From NCBI GenBank assembly GCA_019844455.1, contig GCA_019844455.1_3938.1: a stretch of 51,650 bases of DNA; one strand, given 5' to 3'. A program made the translations under genes and the position numbers. The stretch comes from a phage. Below are positions 1 to 16,700 of this stretch, in pieces (within the stretch, counting starts at the first letter, position 1; each line of letters begins with the position of its first letter). The notes below the pieces were generated by a model. That model was not told where the DNA came from, ran no database searches, and was given only the letters and a program-made list of their open reading frames with translations.

Positions 1-1
1 A

Positions 2-817
2 GGTCGTTCACCATTACTTAATGCTTATGTACCGTGGAAGTATAAAGTTCAGATTGAAGAGTACGAAGCTGTTGGTGTTTCAAGAGACTTGGTAGGTATG
101 CCAAAGATTGGTTTACCACCAGATTATTTGGATGAAAATGCAGAACCTGAAAAGAAAGCTTTCGTACAATACTGCAAAACTGTTGTTAATGATATGATTG
201 CTAATGACAGAGCAGGTTTAATCTGGCCTAGATATATCGACCCAGATACTAAAGAGGATATTTTTGAGTTCTCATTAGTTTCTAGACAGGGTGCTAAAGC
301 GTATGATACAGGCTCTATTATTGACAGATATTCCAAGCAGATTATGATGGCATTTATGTCAGATGTTCTTGCTATGGGCCAGTCAAAATATGGTTCATTC
401 TCTCTTGCAGATTCTAAGACAAGCTTACTGGCAATGTCAGTAGACATTCTGCTTAAGCAGATTAAGAACGTAATTAACCGTGATTTAGTTGCACAGACTT
501 ACGCCCTTAATATGTGGGATGATGAAGAACATGTACAAATCACTTACGATGATATCGAAACTCCAGACCTTGAAGCAATTGGTTCTTATATTCAGAAGAC
601 TGTTGCAGTAGGTGCTTTGGAAGTTGACAAAGAACTATCTAACAAGCTTAGAGAGCATATTGGTCTTCCTCCTGCTGATGAGTCTCAGCCAGTATCTGAA
701 AAGCTTTCTCCAAATAGCCAAAGCCGTTCAGGAGATGGTTATAAGACCGCTGGAGAAGGTACTGCAAAGACACCTTCAGCGAAAGACCCAAGCACAGCAA
801 ATAAGGCAAATAAATAA
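2..817 (+). CDS. putative portal protein, 3' part (gene starts upstream of window)
   Basis: Frame is open from nt 2 with no stop; sits directly upstream of protease/scaffold-decoration-capsid genes; assignment by synteny only, no motif recognised. Confidence 0.4.
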   Translation, partial: GRSPLLNAYVPWKYKVQIEEYEAVGVSRDLVGMPKIGLPPDYLDENAEPEKKAFVQYCKTVVNDMIANDRAGLIWPRYIDPDTKEDIFEFSLVSRQGAKAYDTGSIIDRYSKQIMMAFMSDVLAMGQSKYGSFSLADSKTSLLAMSVDILLKQIKNVINRDLVAQTYALNMWDDEEHVQITYDDIETPDLEAIGSYIQKTVAVGALEVDKELSNKLREHIGLPPADESQPVSEKLSPNSQSRSGDGYKTAGEGTAKTPSAKDPSTANKANK

Positions 818-1317
818 TGGCTGAAGTTATCTCTATTTCAAATGCTACACGAGTGCATTCGTATAGGGGTGTTCTTATTATCACTGACAAATTATCTGTA
901 GAGGTTGGCTCAAGGGTCAGCCTTTCAGGTTATGTAAGTGATGGTGAAACCTCTGACGTTTTCACTATTTGCAGGTTACTTGATGCTCCAATGAGTGGGA
1001 AACCGTTTATTTCAGGAAATTGTAGTGAAATTGTTAAAATTCCATTTGACAGTTCATGCCTTTTGGGTGTAAAGTTATATAACTGCGAGAATAAACGTAT
1101 CAATGTTAATAGCATTGAAGCCGCTTTCATTACCCTCGACACTGCATTTCAATCTCCAATGACAGTTAATAAAGAAACAAACAGACTTGAATACATTTTT
1201 TCACAAAATGATTACAAAGTACTTGTCAAAGGTAAAGTATATGATATGATTGTAAATGTGGTAGATGAATCTGGTAACCATTCAACAGTCCTTAAACAAA
1301 AAGTAAGGTTTAATTAA
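817..1317 (+). CDS. hypothetical protein (head module)
   Basis: 166-aa ORF, TAATG stop/start overlap with upstream gene; no recognisable motif. Confidence 0.5.
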   Translation: MAEVISISNATRVHSYRGVLIITDKLSVEVGSRVSLSGYVSDGETSDVFTICRLLDAPMSGKPFISGNCSEIVKIPFDSSCLLGVKLYNCENKRINVNSIEAAFITLDTAFQSPMTVNKETNRLEYIFSQNDYKVLVKGKVYDMIVNVVDESGNHSTVLKQKVRFN

Positions 1318-1649
1318 TGGGAACATTAACTATTGATGGTAAGAATAAAATCCTCGCCACGCTAACCCCAACGACTATTATTTTACACAATGTAGACCCA
1401 ACGGCAGACCCTACAGCAAATAAGGTTACTCAGCCAGTGGCTATTTATTTTTCTGAACCGGATAACGGCTTAATTGCCTCAGAAGACACAGTTAATATTA
1501 CTGTTCCAGCTTCTGCAACGGTCTCACACTATAGCTTGTGGGATGCTAACGATAAATGCGTGGCAACTGGTGCTCTTAGCAAACCTCAATTCTTTGCTGA
1601 AGAAGGTATTTATGTTATCTCTTCAGTCTCTGTAGATTTAAACAAATAG
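1317..1649 (+). CDS. hypothetical protein (head module)
   Basis: 110-aa ORF, start overlaps upstream stop; no recognisable motif. Confidence 0.5.
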   Translation: MGTLTIDGKNKILATLTPTTIILHNVDPTADPTANKVTQPVAIYFSEPDNGLIASEDTVNITVPASATVSHYSLWDANDKCVATGALSKPQFFAEEGIYVISSVSVDLNK

Positions 1650-1660
1650 GGTGAGTAAAA

Positions 1661-3007
1661 ATGAGTTCGAATATCTTCAGACTTGCTGATAGATTATTCA
1701 ACCAACCTTTACTAGCCACTGAATCATTAGCTCACTCAGCAGCAACTTATGTGAATAACAGATTGCTGGGTGATGTCCAAGCAGCAGTAAACTTTGATAA
1801 ACCCAAAGGTGACGCAAGAAGTCTTTTAAAAGTAAAAGATGACATTGCTATTATCCCTATTATGGGTGGTTTAACTCATCGTATGACGTTCATTGATGCA
1901 ATGTGTACAGGTGGATTAAGCTCTTATGAGGGTTTACGTAGAGGCTTTGACGAAGCTTTAGCAGATGAGTCAATCAAGACTATTGTTCTGCATATTGATT
2001 CTGGTGGTGGTGAAGCTTCAGGTTGCTTTGAATTAGCACGTCACATCATGGCTTCAAGAGGCCAAAAGAAAATTATTGCTTATGTAGATGAGTTCGCTTG
2101 TTCCGCTGCATATGCTCTTGCATCTTCTGCTGAAGAAATTATTGCATCACCAGATGCAGATGTTGGTTCTATTGGTGTAATCATGGTTCATCAGGAATTA
2201 ACTAAGGCATTTGAAAAGAATGGCGTAACAATTAACGTCATCAAAGCTGGTGAGTTTAAAGGTATGGGTTCACCATTCCAAGCACTTTCAGAAGAAAGCA
2301 AAGAAAGACTTCAAAAGAGAATTAATGATACCTACGCAACCTTTACAGGTTTTGTAGCTGAAGCTCGTAATATCTCTGAAGAAGCTGTAAAGAATACTGA
2401 GGCGAATGTTTATTCTGCTCAGGAAGCTCTTGAACTTGGTTTAATTAACTCAATCATGTCTCAAGATGATTTCTTAAATTACTTACAAGGTTCTGAAGAG
2501 GCTCCTGTAAGTTTAAACGTTAACAATTCAGGTGAAGAAATGACTGAACAAGAAAAGCAAGAACTAGAGGCTTTGCGTCTTCAGGTTGCTCAAATGAAAG
2601 CCAAAGAACAGGAAGCTGCTTTGTCAGATTTGACTAATAAGATTTCTGCTTCTGCTGAAGCTTTTGGATTTGATGCAAAAGAAGCTGCAACGACTATTTT
2701 AGGTGCTGGTCTTGATAACCCTCTGAGTGTTCTGTTTATGAATGCTATGGAAGGTGCTAACCAGAAACTTAATGAAACTATCGCGTCCCATGCTTCTGCA
2801 ATGGAAGAAAAAGAATCAGAAATTACCAAGCTGAAAGAAACTGCTGGTGCTGTTCTTGAGCATTCTAATGCTATGGAAGAAATGGGTAATAACGGTGAAG
2901 CTGATTTGGTTGAAGAAGAAAAAGAACCAGCTAAGAATGCTTCCGAAGACACCGCTGAACAACGCAAACTGGCTCTCCAGAATGCTCTAAAATCTCTTAT
3001 CAAATAA
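1661..3007 (+). CDS. head maturation protease (S49/SppA-like) with C-terminal scaffold-like coiled-coil domain
   Basis: HIDSGGGEASG and EFACSAAYALASSAEEI motifs typical of S49 peptidases (lambda gpC-like); C-terminal ~170 aa is E/K/A-rich and helical; RBS GGGTGAG upstream. Confidence 0.8.
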   Translation: MSSNIFRLADRLFNQPLLATESLAHSAATYVNNRLLGDVQAAVNFDKPKGDARSLLKVKDDIAIIPIMGGLTHRMTFIDAMCTGGLSSYEGLRRGFDEALADESIKTIVLHIDSGGGEASGCFELARHIMASRGQKKIIAYVDEFACSAAYALASSAEEIIASPDADVGSIGVIMVHQELTKAFEKNGVTINVIKAGEFKGMGSPFQALSEESKERLQKRINDTYATFTGFVAEARNISEEAVKNTEANVYSAQEALELGLINSIMSQDDFLNYLQGSEEAPVSLNVNNSGEEMTEQEKQELEALRLQVAQMKAKEQEAALSDLTNKISASAEAFGFDAKEAATTILGAGLDNPLSVLFMNAMEGANQKLNETIASHASAMEEKESEITKLKETAGAVLEHSNAMEEMGNNGEADLVEEEKEPAKNASEDTAEQRKLALQNALKSLIK

Positions 3008-3018
3008 GGAACACAATA

Positions 3019-3396
3019 ATGGCATATCAAGGTTTTACTAAGTTAGGTAACAGAGAACCTCTGAATGATATCATTCTTTGGGAACAGATTACCCCAACAG
3101 GCCACTCTCGTAAAGAGTACACCCCACAGGCATCTACAGAGTATCGTGTAGGTGAAGTTCTGAAAGCAGATGGTACTAAGGTACAAGCTGGAGAAGAAGC
3201 CCAAGCAGACTCTGTATGTATCGTTAATTTCTACGCAGACCTGCAACTGTCTTATCATGGTCAGTTGAAAGTAGTAGGTATCCACCGTGATGCAGAACTG
3301 AAAGACCTGCTAACTCTTGAATCAAGCGTTGATGCTACTGAAGTCAAGAAAGCTCTGGCTGCTAAAGGTATTGATTTCGTACCAACTGGCCTGTAA
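3019..3396 (+). CDS. putative head decoration protein
   Basis: 125-aa ORF between protease/scaffold and major capsid genes (lambda D position); RBS AAGGAA. Confidence 0.5.
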   Translation: MAYQGFTKLGNREPLNDIILWEQITPTGHSRKEYTPQASTEYRVGEVLKADGTKVQAGEEAQADSVCIVNFYADLQLSYHGQLKVVGIHRDAELKDLLTLESSVDATEVKKALAAKGIDFVPTGL

Positions 3397-3429
3397 TAAC
3401 AATAATAAGACATTCTGGAGAATTTTACA

Positions 3430-4536
3430 ATGTTGACTAATTCTGAAAAAAGCAGATTTTTCCTTGCTGACCTGACTGGTGAAGTCCAGTCTATCCCAAA
3501 TACTTATGGGTATATTTCCAACTTAGGTCTGTTCCGTTCAGCACCAATCACCCAAACTACTTTCCTTATGGACTTGACTGATTGGGATGTTAGCTTGCTT
3601 GATGCGGTAGACCGTGATAGCCGTAAAGCAGAGACTAGCGCACCTGAGCGTGTTCGTCAAATCAGCTTCCCAATGATGTATTTCAAAGAAGTTGAAAGCA
3701 TTACTCCTGATGAAATTCAGGGTGTACGTCAGCCAGGCACTGCAAACGAACTGACTACTGAAGCTGTAGTACGTGCTAAGAAGCTGATGAAGATTCGTAC
3801 CAAGTTCGATATTACTCGTGAGTTCCTGTTTATGCAAGCTCTGAAGGGTAAAGTTGTTGATGCTCGTGGTACTCTGTATGCTGACCTGTACAAGCAGTTC
3901 GACGTTGAGAAGAAGACTGTTTACTTCGACCTTGACAATCCTAATGCTGACATCGACGCTTCTATTGAAGAACTGCGTATGCACATGGAAGACGAAGCTA
4001 AGACTGGCACTGTAATCAACGGTGAAGAAATTCACGTAGTTGTTGACCGCTTATTCTTCAGCAAACTGGTTAAGCATCCTAAGATTCGTGACGCTTATCT
4101 TGCACAGCAGACTCCACTGGCTTGGCAACAGATTACTGGTTCTCTGAGAACTGGTGGTACTGACGGCGTTCAGGCTCATATGAACACCTTCTACTACGGT
4201 GGTGTTAAGTTTGTCCAGTACAACGGTAAGTTCAAAGACAAGCGTGGTAAGGTTCACACTCTGGTGAGCATTGATAGTGTAGCAGCAACTGTTGGTGTTG
4301 GTCATGCCTTCCCTAACGTTTCTATGCTGGGTGAAGCTAACAACATCTTCGAAGTGGCATATGGTCCATGTCCTAAGATGGGTTATGCAAATACACTTGG
4401 TCAGGAACTGTACGTATTCGAATACGAAAAAGACCGTGACGAAGGTATTGACTTTGAAGCTCACTCTTACATGCTGCCATACTGCACACGTCCTCAGTTG
4501 CTGGTAGACGTTCGTTCTGACGCTAAACCAGACTAA
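3430..4536 (+). CDS. major capsid protein (lambda gpE-like family)
   Basis: 368-aa ORF in MCP position after protease and decoration genes; size and composition fit E-like capsid proteins; RBS GGAGAA. Confidence 0.75.
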   Translation: MLTNSEKSRFFLADLTGEVQSIPNTYGYISNLGLFRSAPITQTTFLMDLTDWDVSLLDAVDRDSRKAETSAPERVRQISFPMMYFKEVESITPDEIQGVRQPGTANELTTEAVVRAKKLMKIRTKFDITREFLFMQALKGKVVDARGTLYADLYKQFDVEKKTVYFDLDNPNADIDASIEELRMHMEDEAKTGTVINGEEIHVVVDRLFFSKLVKHPKIRDAYLAQQTPLAWQQITGSLRTGGTDGVQAHMNTFYYGGVKFVQYNGKFKDKRGKVHTLVSIDSVAATVGVGHAFPNVSMLGEANNIFEVAYGPCPKMGYANTLGQELYVFEYEKDRDEGIDFEAHSYMLPYCTRPQLLVDVRSDAKPD

Positions 4537-4557
4537 TATTCTTAAGGAGGGTTATGA

Positions 4558-5007
4558 ATGTGCTATACAGGCGACCCAGCCAATAACCCTCTTGATAGAG
4601 TAAGAATCCTCTGCACAGACACCAATAATGATGAAATTCTTATTGAACAGTCTGTGCTAGAGTGGTTCTATCTAGAATCTGGAAAGGATGAAAAGAAAGC
4701 AGCCATCAAAGCTCTTAAATATTTACTCTTTCAAGTAGCCAAGATGGGAGATGAGAAGGTTGGTGGTGTTTATTTACGTAACTCTTCCAGATTCAAATCT
4801 CTGAAAGCTGTTTATGATGACCTTGTTAAAAGCTCTGTTTCAGGACTACCCTATGCAGGTGGTATTAATCAGTGCGACATTGATATGCGTCGTCAAAATC
4901 CTTGCTCTGTCAAGAAATACACAGAATATGGTGATGCTGCCAGATACGAAGGCAGAGATTACTGCAACCGTGTTAATGGCGTATTTATTATCGAGCGAGA
5001 TGAATAA
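4558..5007 (+). CDS. hypothetical protein (head-tail connector region)
   Basis: 149-aa ORF with strong RBS AAGGAGGG upstream. Confidence 0.5.
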   Translation: MCYTGDPANNPLDRVRILCTDTNNDEILIEQSVLEWFYLESGKDEKKAAIKALKYLLFQVAKMGDEKVGGVYLRNSSRFKSLKAVYDDLVKSSVSGLPYAGGINQCDIDMRRQNPCSVKKYTEYGDAARYEGRDYCNRVNGVFIIERDE

Positions 5008-5489
5008 TGGTTAAAAGGGTTATTCACCCCGCTAGAGCAAAATTAGTCGGGGCTATGAAGAACTTGCAAACGGCTAATGCTCAAGTTGGGTATTTTCAAG
5101 AACAAGGTCAACATAGCTCTGGTTTTTCTTATCCTGCTTTAATGTATTTACAAGAAGTTATTGGGGTTCCTTCAGCTTCTGGTAAAGTATATCGTAGGTT
5201 GTTTGAAATCACTATGATGCTAAACAGACAGACCTTGTTAGAGCAGACTAAGAAGAATCTATATAAGCAACTTAGCAGTCTCAACACAGACCCTTCAAAT
5301 ACTTTAGAAGCATTTGCAAAGAATGCTCAGAAGGCAATTAAAAGGGGTTTTGGTAATTCTGCTATACTCCCTCCTAACGCACCTTCCACAGTCAAGAAAA
5401 AAGGCTTTAACGCACCTCTTGTTGAGACAGGTGACTTAAGGGATAGCCTTGCTTATAAAATTTCTACTAAGAAGGGTATTAAGAAATGA
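5007..5489 (+). CDS. hypothetical protein (head completion / connector candidate)
   Basis: 160-aa ORF, start overlaps upstream stop. Confidence 0.5.
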   Translation: MVKRVIHPARAKLVGAMKNLQTANAQVGYFQEQGQHSSGFSYPALMYLQEVIGVPSASGKVYRRLFEITMMLNRQTLLEQTKKNLYKQLSSLNTDPSNTLEAFAKNAQKAIKRGFGNSAILPPNAPSTVKKKGFNAPLVETGDLRDSLAYKISTKKGIKK

Positions 5490-5887
5490 GACTCTTAAAC
5501 AGACACAGCTTTGTAGTAAAGCGTAAAGTCTCTGAAGATGGTTATTACAATGATGATGGTGATTGGGTAGCTTCACAAGATATTGTAGAGGTTAACTGCA
5601 AAGGTAATATCCAGCCATATATCAAAGGTTCTGTAAAGAATGGTACACAGATTGCTTTACCGGAAGGTATCAGACTTACCGATACAAGAATTTTGTATAC
5701 GACTTACAAGCTTAGAACTTCAGATGATGTTGAGTGGAATGAGTCAGATATTGTTATGATTGATGGTCATGAGTATGAAGTATTTATGACTATGGATTGG
5801 TCACAGCAATTAGCCCACACATCCCATTATGAATATATCATTATTAGAAGGGATAAAATGAATGCAGTTAGAAACAGCAGAACTTGA
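5486..5887 (+). CDS. hypothetical protein (head-tail joining candidate)
   Basis: 133-aa ORF, ATGA overlap with upstream gene. Confidence 0.5.
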   Translation: MRLLNRHSFVVKRKVSEDGYYNDDGDWVASQDIVEVNCKGNIQPYIKGSVKNGTQIALPEGIRLTDTRILYTTYKLRTSDDVEWNESDIVMIDGHEYEVFMTMDWSQQLAHTSHYEYIIIRRDKMNAVRNSRT

Positions 5888-6461
5888 AAAAGGTCTAGTT
5901 AGAACCTTAGTGGATGTTATTGGTCACAGACTAGCTCGTGATAAAAATAATAGGCCAAATGTAATTAGAGCTTACCCTTCTGATAACGCAAATGACAAAG
6001 GTTTAAAACCTGACCAACCATTTATTACCGTGTATTGTCAAGATGCTGCAACCCCTTATGGTTGGGTTCTTGATAAGTTTGTTGAGGATGATGTAGTTTG
6101 CTACAGAATTGCTTTCCAGATTCCAGTACTAATTACGGTGAATGGTAAAGGCGCTCACAGTATTATGCTTGAGCTTAAACAACGATTAGAGATGAGTTCA
6201 GTCAGAGATTTAATTCTTGAAGAGACAGGGGCAACAGTTTTAGATACTGGAGCAATCCCGAATGACTACACTTATCTTAATACAGATTTCGAAAATTCTG
6301 CACCTCTTGTTGTAACTCTTGTAAAAAATTCAGTCCTGAAAGATGAACGTGGAAGTATTATTGAACGTGTTATTGTGGATGGTGAATTAGTTTACGAAGA
6401 AGGACAAGAGCCACCAGAATATACTATCCATCTAGATGTAGACTCCAAAGGGGTAAAATAA
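5862..6461 (+). CDS. hypothetical protein (tail completion candidate)
   Basis: 199-aa ORF directly upstream of sheath gene. Confidence 0.45.
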   Translation: MQLETAELEKGLVRTLVDVIGHRLARDKNNRPNVIRAYPSDNANDKGLKPDQPFITVYCQDAATPYGWVLDKFVEDDVVCYRIAFQIPVLITVNGKGAHSIMLELKQRLEMSSVRDLILEETGATVLDTGAIPNDYTYLNTDFENSAPLVVTLVKNSVLKDERGSIIERVIVDGELVYEEGQEPPEYTIHLDVDSKGVK

Positions 6462-7814
6462 ATGTGGAATCCAATTGTTAATGTAGATATTACATTGAAC
6501 ACCGCAGGAACTACAAGAGAAGGTTTTGGGCTGCCACTATTTTTAGCTTCAACAGATAATTTTGAAGAAAGAGTGCGTGGTTACACTTCCTTAACTGAAG
6601 TTGCTGAAGATTTCGATGAGAACTCTGCTGCATATAAAGCTGCTAAACAACTTTGGAGTCAGACTCCTAAAGTAACTCAGCTTTATATTGGTAGACGTGC
6701 TATGCAGTATACTGTATCAATTCCTGATGAAGTTTCTGAAAGTACAGATTATTCTCTAACTGTAGCTGTTAGTGGTGGAGTTTCTCAGCCATTCCAGTAC
6801 ACTGCACAGTCAGAAGATACTGCTGAGAAAGTACTACAGCAGTTTAAAACACAGATTGAAGCAGAGCCTTCTGTTAAAGACCTTGTTACCGTTAATGTAA
6901 CTGGTTCTGGCGGTTCAGCAACAATGGTAATCACCAAAGCTGGTGACAATGACTTCGTGAAGGTGACTTCTACAGCACAAACAGTATCAATTGCAAGTAC
7001 CACTGCTGACACAGCATCGACTGCTCTGGCAGCTATTGAAGCTTACTCAACTGACTGGTATTTCATTGCAGCAGAAGACAGAACTCAACAGTTTGTCTTA
7101 GCAATGGCTTCTGAGATTCAAGCTCGCAAGAAGATTTTCTTTACAGCTAACTCTGATGTAGCAGCACTGCAAGGCACAGAATTAGCTAGCGCAAATGATG
7201 TTCCAGCACAACTTGCTAAGAATAAGTACACTCGTACAGTTTGCTTGTGGCATCACACAGCAGCAGAAGATTATCCAGAAATGGCATACATTGCTTATGG
7301 TGCTCCTTATGATGCAGGTTCAATTGCTTGGGGTAACGCACAGTTAACTGGTGTAGCTGCTTCTCTACAGCCATCTAACCAGAGACCTCTGACAAGTATT
7401 CAGAAGTCAGCTTTAGATGCACGTCACTGTAACTTTATTGACCTTGATGGTGGTGTTCCAGTGGTTCGTAGAGGGATTACTTCTGGTGGGGAATGGATTG
7501 ATATCATCCGTGGTGTTGACTGGTTAGAATCAGACCTGAAAACTTCTCTGAGAGACTTGCTAATTAATCAGAAGGGTGGTAAGATTACTTATGATGATAC
7601 TGGTATTACCCGTATTCGTCAAGTCATTGAAACCTCTCTGCAAAGAGCAGTCAACAGAAACTTCCTGTCATCTTACACAGTTAATGTTCCTAAAGCCTCT
7701 CAAGTTGCTTTGGCAGACAAGAAAGCTCGTATCCTGAAAGATGTTACCTTCGCAGGTATCTTAGCAGGGGCTATCTTGGATGTTGACTTGAAAGGTACAG
7801 TGGCTTACGAATAA
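6462..7814 (+). CDS. putative tail sheath protein
   Basis: 450-aa ORF upstream of tube/chaperone/tape-measure genes; C-terminal region resembles sheath signature segments of P2 FI-type proteins (from memory). Confidence 0.6.
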   Translation: MWNPIVNVDITLNTAGTTREGFGLPLFLASTDNFEERVRGYTSLTEVAEDFDENSAAYKAAKQLWSQTPKVTQLYIGRRAMQYTVSIPDEVSESTDYSLTVAVSGGVSQPFQYTAQSEDTAEKVLQQFKTQIEAEPSVKDLVTVNVTGSGGSATMVITKAGDNDFVKVTSTAQTVSIASTTADTASTALAAIEAYSTDWYFIAAEDRTQQFVLAMASEIQARKKIFFTANSDVAALQGTELASANDVPAQLAKNKYTRTVCLWHHTAAEDYPEMAYIAYGAPYDAGSIAWGNAQLTGVAASLQPSNQRPLTSIQKSALDARHCNFIDLDGGVPVVRRGITSGGEWIDIIRGVDWLESDLKTSLRDLLINQKGGKITYDDTGITRIRQVIETSLQRAVNRNFLSSYTVNVPKASQVALADKKARILKDVTFAGILAGAILDVDLKGTVAYE

Positions 7815-7829
7815 TAGAGGTAAATTGGA

Positions 7830-8276
7830 ATGGCTATGTATCAGCAATATTCCCCTAAAGACGTTGTGTGTAGCTGGAATGGTATTGCCATTGAAGGCTT
7901 TGCCCCAGACTCATTCTTACGTCTACAGAGAACATCACCACTTGTGACACCAGTTGTAGGTGCAGGTGGTCAAGTTGCTCTGACAAGAAATGCAGACAAG
8001 ACAGGTACTATTGAGATTGAGCTAATGCAGACTTCTCTCTCTAACCAGATGCTTTCTGCAATTCAAGCTAAACAAGACAATATGGAACTTGAAGAAGATA
8101 TCTCTTCTAACTTCGTAATCTATGACCCATCAGGCTCTGTTCTGGCAACTGGTATTAATGCTTGGTTGCAGGAATTACCACAGATTGAACTTGGTCGTGA
8201 CCAGAACTCTAAGACTTGGATTTTTGGTTGTGAGAAGCTAGACTACACTTCTACAATTCCAGCGTCAAGTGTTTAA
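7830..8276 (+). CDS. putative tail tube protein
   Basis: 148-aa ORF between sheath and chaperone genes, followed by strong intrinsic terminator. Confidence 0.55.
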   Translation: MAMYQQYSPKDVVCSWNGIAIEGFAPDSFLRLQRTSPLVTPVVGAGGQVALTRNADKTGTIEIELMQTSLSNQMLSAIQAKQDNMELEEDISSNFVIYDPSGSVLATGINAWLQELPQIELGRDQNSKTWIFGCEKLDYTSTIPASSV

Positions 8277-8288
8277 TAAATCCTATAA

Positions 8289-8320
8289 GGGGGAGACTTT
8301 AAAAGGTCTTCCCCTTTTTT
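8289..8320 (+). terminator. intrinsic terminator after tail tube gene
   Basis: GGGGGAGAC / GTCTTCCCC stem (one G-U), 8-nt loop, followed by TTTTTT. Confidence 0.7.
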
Positions 8321-8348
8321 GTTTCTTTTAAAGTATTAAGGAATCACA

Positions 8349-8747
8349 ATGAAAACAGAATTTAGAGTAATTAATGGTAAGAAAGTAAATATCGTTCTGC
8401 TTGGGGCAAGAGATGGTATTAAGATGTCTATGAAGTTGGGTAAAATTGTTGTTCCAACTTTTGCACAGATGCTGTCAAGTCTGACTGATAAAGATAAGAA
8501 AGAAGCTCCAATGGTTCCATTTAAAGAACTTGTTGAAGCTTGTTTTGACAGAATTGAAGAAATTAACCTTGAAGAAATGGCTACCTTACTATTTCAAGGG
8601 GCAACTGTTGATGACTTCCCACTAAATATTGATACCTATTTCCAAGCAAACTACGGTGAATTTATTGACTACTTAGCATTTGCGCTGGAGGCAAACTTCG
8701 GAAGTTTTTTCGAAGCAAGCATTTTCAAAAGCCTAACTTCTCAGTAA
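8349..8747 (+). CDS. putative tail assembly chaperone
   Basis: 132-aa ORF between tube and tape measure genes (canonical chaperone position). Confidence 0.4.
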   Translation: MKTEFRVINGKKVNIVLLGARDGIKMSMKLGKIVVPTFAQMLSSLTDKDKKEAPMVPFKELVEACFDRIEEINLEEMATLLFQGATVDDFPLNIDTYFQANYGEFIDYLAFALEANFGSFFEASIFKSLTSQ

Positions 8748-8749
8748 AC

Positions 8750-8988
8750 ATGGGTAACACTCTACAGACACCACTAACTGATGCTGCTGTAGAGGCAACC
8801 TATGAAGAAGCAGACGAGATGAAATTTGTGCTTGCTATTTATGGTATGGAAGGGTGTAAAGAAACACTTGACCAACTCTTTGCTATGACATTCTCTGATT
8901 TATTATCATTGAGACAATTTCTTGAGATTCAGAGGTCGTATAAAGAGGAAATTGCTTACAACGAACTTAGAAGAGCAGGAAAAATGTA

Positions 8989-8989
<1 letters not shown>
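8750..8989 (+). CDS. hypothetical protein (second chaperone-position ORF)
   Basis: 79-aa ORF immediately upstream of tape measure; no frame overlap suggesting frameshift. Confidence 0.4.
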
Positions 8990-14373
<5,384 letters not shown>

Positions 14374-14374
<1 letters not shown>

Positions 14375-15843
14375 TGGCAGGATTAACTACAACAGGATTA
14401 CAAACTCTAAGATATCAGGAAATTTTTGATAATATCAAATCAAGACTTCTTAGAGATATTTCACCAAACCTTGACGTTTCTGAAGATAGCCAATTAGGTC
14501 TCTTCCTAGCTTCAATTGCAAGGTCTTTAGCAGATACACATGAGATTCTATCAGAAATCTATGACGGCGGGACAATTGACAAGGCTGAAGGATTTAACCT
14601 TGATGATATTACAGCTTTGAATGCTGTATACAGATATGTTGCTCAGGCAACAAGGGGTCAGGTTGAGTTTACTGGAACAACTGGTGCTACCATCTCTTCA
14701 ACAACAAGATTGAGAAGTACTGCTGGAAATATCTTTTATCCAGTTAACAATATTACCCTTACCCCATCATATTGTGTTGAAGCTGTTCTTGAAGTTAACT
14801 CTTTACGAACTGATGCAGATTATGTTATTATTATTGATAACGTTATTTTCTCGTATAAACCAACCTCATCAGACACAATTACCACACTACTAACTAAATT
14901 AGCAGAGGCTATTAATGGTGGTATTGTAGCAAAAGCAGAAGTCATTAATGATGGAGCCGCATTAAGAGTCTATAAAGACGAAGGTGATATCATTGCAAGA
15001 ACAAACCCTATGGTTGTCACTGCAACAATGTTTCTGACCTTTACAAAGATTACAACTATTTCAGATGTAGTAGCTGAAGAGGTTGGTGCTACCCCTGCTT
15101 TGGCTGGTACGCTTATTGAGATTGAGACAACTGTTGATGGTCTTGACAGTATTTATAACAGGTATGACTTAACAACTGGTAGAAACGAAGAAACTGACAC
15201 AGAACTTAGACAGAGATATTTAGAATCCTTAGCAGTTACTGGTGTAGGGACTTTGGATGCAATTGTAGCTGCTGTTAAAAGAGTTCAAGGGGTCTCAGAT
15301 GCTTCAGGTGTTGAAAATGATACTGAAGAGACGAACTCAGAAGGTCTTCCACCAAAATCTTTTAAGATTGTCGTAGTTGGTGGTCAAAATGATAATGTTG
15401 CTCAAGCAATCTGGGATACAAAACCTGCTGGTATTAGGGCTTATGGCTCGATTTTTGGCACAGCCTATGATTTAGGTGGTTTAGCACATAATATTTATTT
15501 TAGCAGACCAACACCAAAATACGCATTTGTTAAAGTCTCTTACTCTTTATATGATGAAGAGAGCCTGACAATCCCTGAAGAGGATATCAGAGACAGTATT
15601 GTACAAGGTATTAATGCCTACGGAAGAACTCTTAAGGTTGGTAATGACGTTATCCCTAACAGAATTTATGGGTACATCTATGACGTAATCAAAGGTATTG
15701 AGATTAATGAGGTGAAGGTAGCATTATCAAACAGCCAATCAGTTCCACCTAGTGACGAACAATATACTACAGCAAGAATTACTGTTGACGGTGACCAATA
15801 TACTGTTTGGGAAAGTAGCCAGTATACCATCACTAAGGAGTAA
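14374..15843 (+). CDS. putative baseplate J-like protein
   Basis: 489-aa ORF in canonical position between W-like and I-like genes. Confidence 0.5.
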
Positions 15844-15845
15844 TA

Positions 15846-16700
15846 ATGTTTGAAAAGATTGATAGTGTTTATTATAAAACACTTGATGAAAGAACTGTAA
15901 CACAGTTTAAAGATAAATTTATCTATACAAGTATCTTGAAAGCAATCACTGATGAGCTACAAACACTAGAGGATGTTTGCTGGCAGATGCACACAGAGAG
16001 AAATATCAGGACGTCAGTAGGTCAACAACTTGATAATATTGGCTCACTGATTAAAGTTCCTAGACCTTTAGGTGCTGATGATGAAACATACAGAGCTATG
16101 CTTTATATCCAAATCTTCCTAAGACGTTCTGATACTACTCCAACATTCTTGCAAAAAGCAATTATGACATTGTATGGTGCAACTTTCTCTCAGATTTTTG
16201 AACACATTACTCCTAAGACTGGTGGTATCGTTATCCGTATTAATACTAGAAAAAGCGTTCTTGATGCTGCATATACACTGTCAAAGATTTCTGCAACAAC
16301 CACTGGTTCCGCTGTTATCTTAAGAGATGTTACTTTAAATGGGACCGCTTGGACACCTGTAGAGGTTGCTGATTCATCACTTGCTATTGTTGATGATAAA
16401 GAGAACTGGTTTGTAACTGATGCTAACAGAGGTCTGGTAACAAATAACACTGGTGGCTCTCTGGAGTCCAACCTAGTAGGGAGTCTTGCAGATGCTGGTG
16501 TTATTGATGGTTACTTTAAGGTTGACAGAACAGCAAACTCACAGAGCGATGATTATATGACTGTAGATAGGTCTAATAATAGTGGCTATTTCATTGCTGG
16601 TAAAGAAGCTATTGCAGGTGGTGCATATGGAATCATGGCTGAGGTTGCACAAATTGTCAAAGGCAGAAAAGATAAATCACAACAAGAAGGAAATTCTTAA
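15846..16700 (+). CDS. putative baseplate/tail-fibre attachment protein (gpI-like)
   Basis: 284-aa ORF after J-like gene. Confidence 0.4.
   Translation: MFEKIDSVYYKTLDERTVTQFKDKFIYTSILKAITDELQTLEDVCWQMHTERNIRTSVGQQLDNIGSLIKVPRPLGADDETYRAMLYIQIFLRRSDTTPTFLQKAIMTLYGATFSQIFEHITPKTGGIVIRINTRKSVLDAAYTLSKISATTTGSAVILRDVTLNGTAWTPVEVADSSLAIVDDKENWFVTDANRGLVTNNTGGSLESNLVGSLADAGVIDGYFKVDRTANSQSDDYMTVDRSNNSGYFIAGKEAIAGGAYGIMAEVAQIVKGRKDKSQQEGNS

Noticed and set aside
124-447. Antisense shadow ORFs nested inside well-supported genes (for example 124..447-, 2590..3030-, 3538..4035-, 4051..4464-, 29829..30251+, 30404..30724-, 49861..50172-)
   Set aside because: Each lies fully within, and antisense to, a longer ORF with clear functional motifs or operon context; no RBS; typical out-of-frame artefacts in AT-rich DNA
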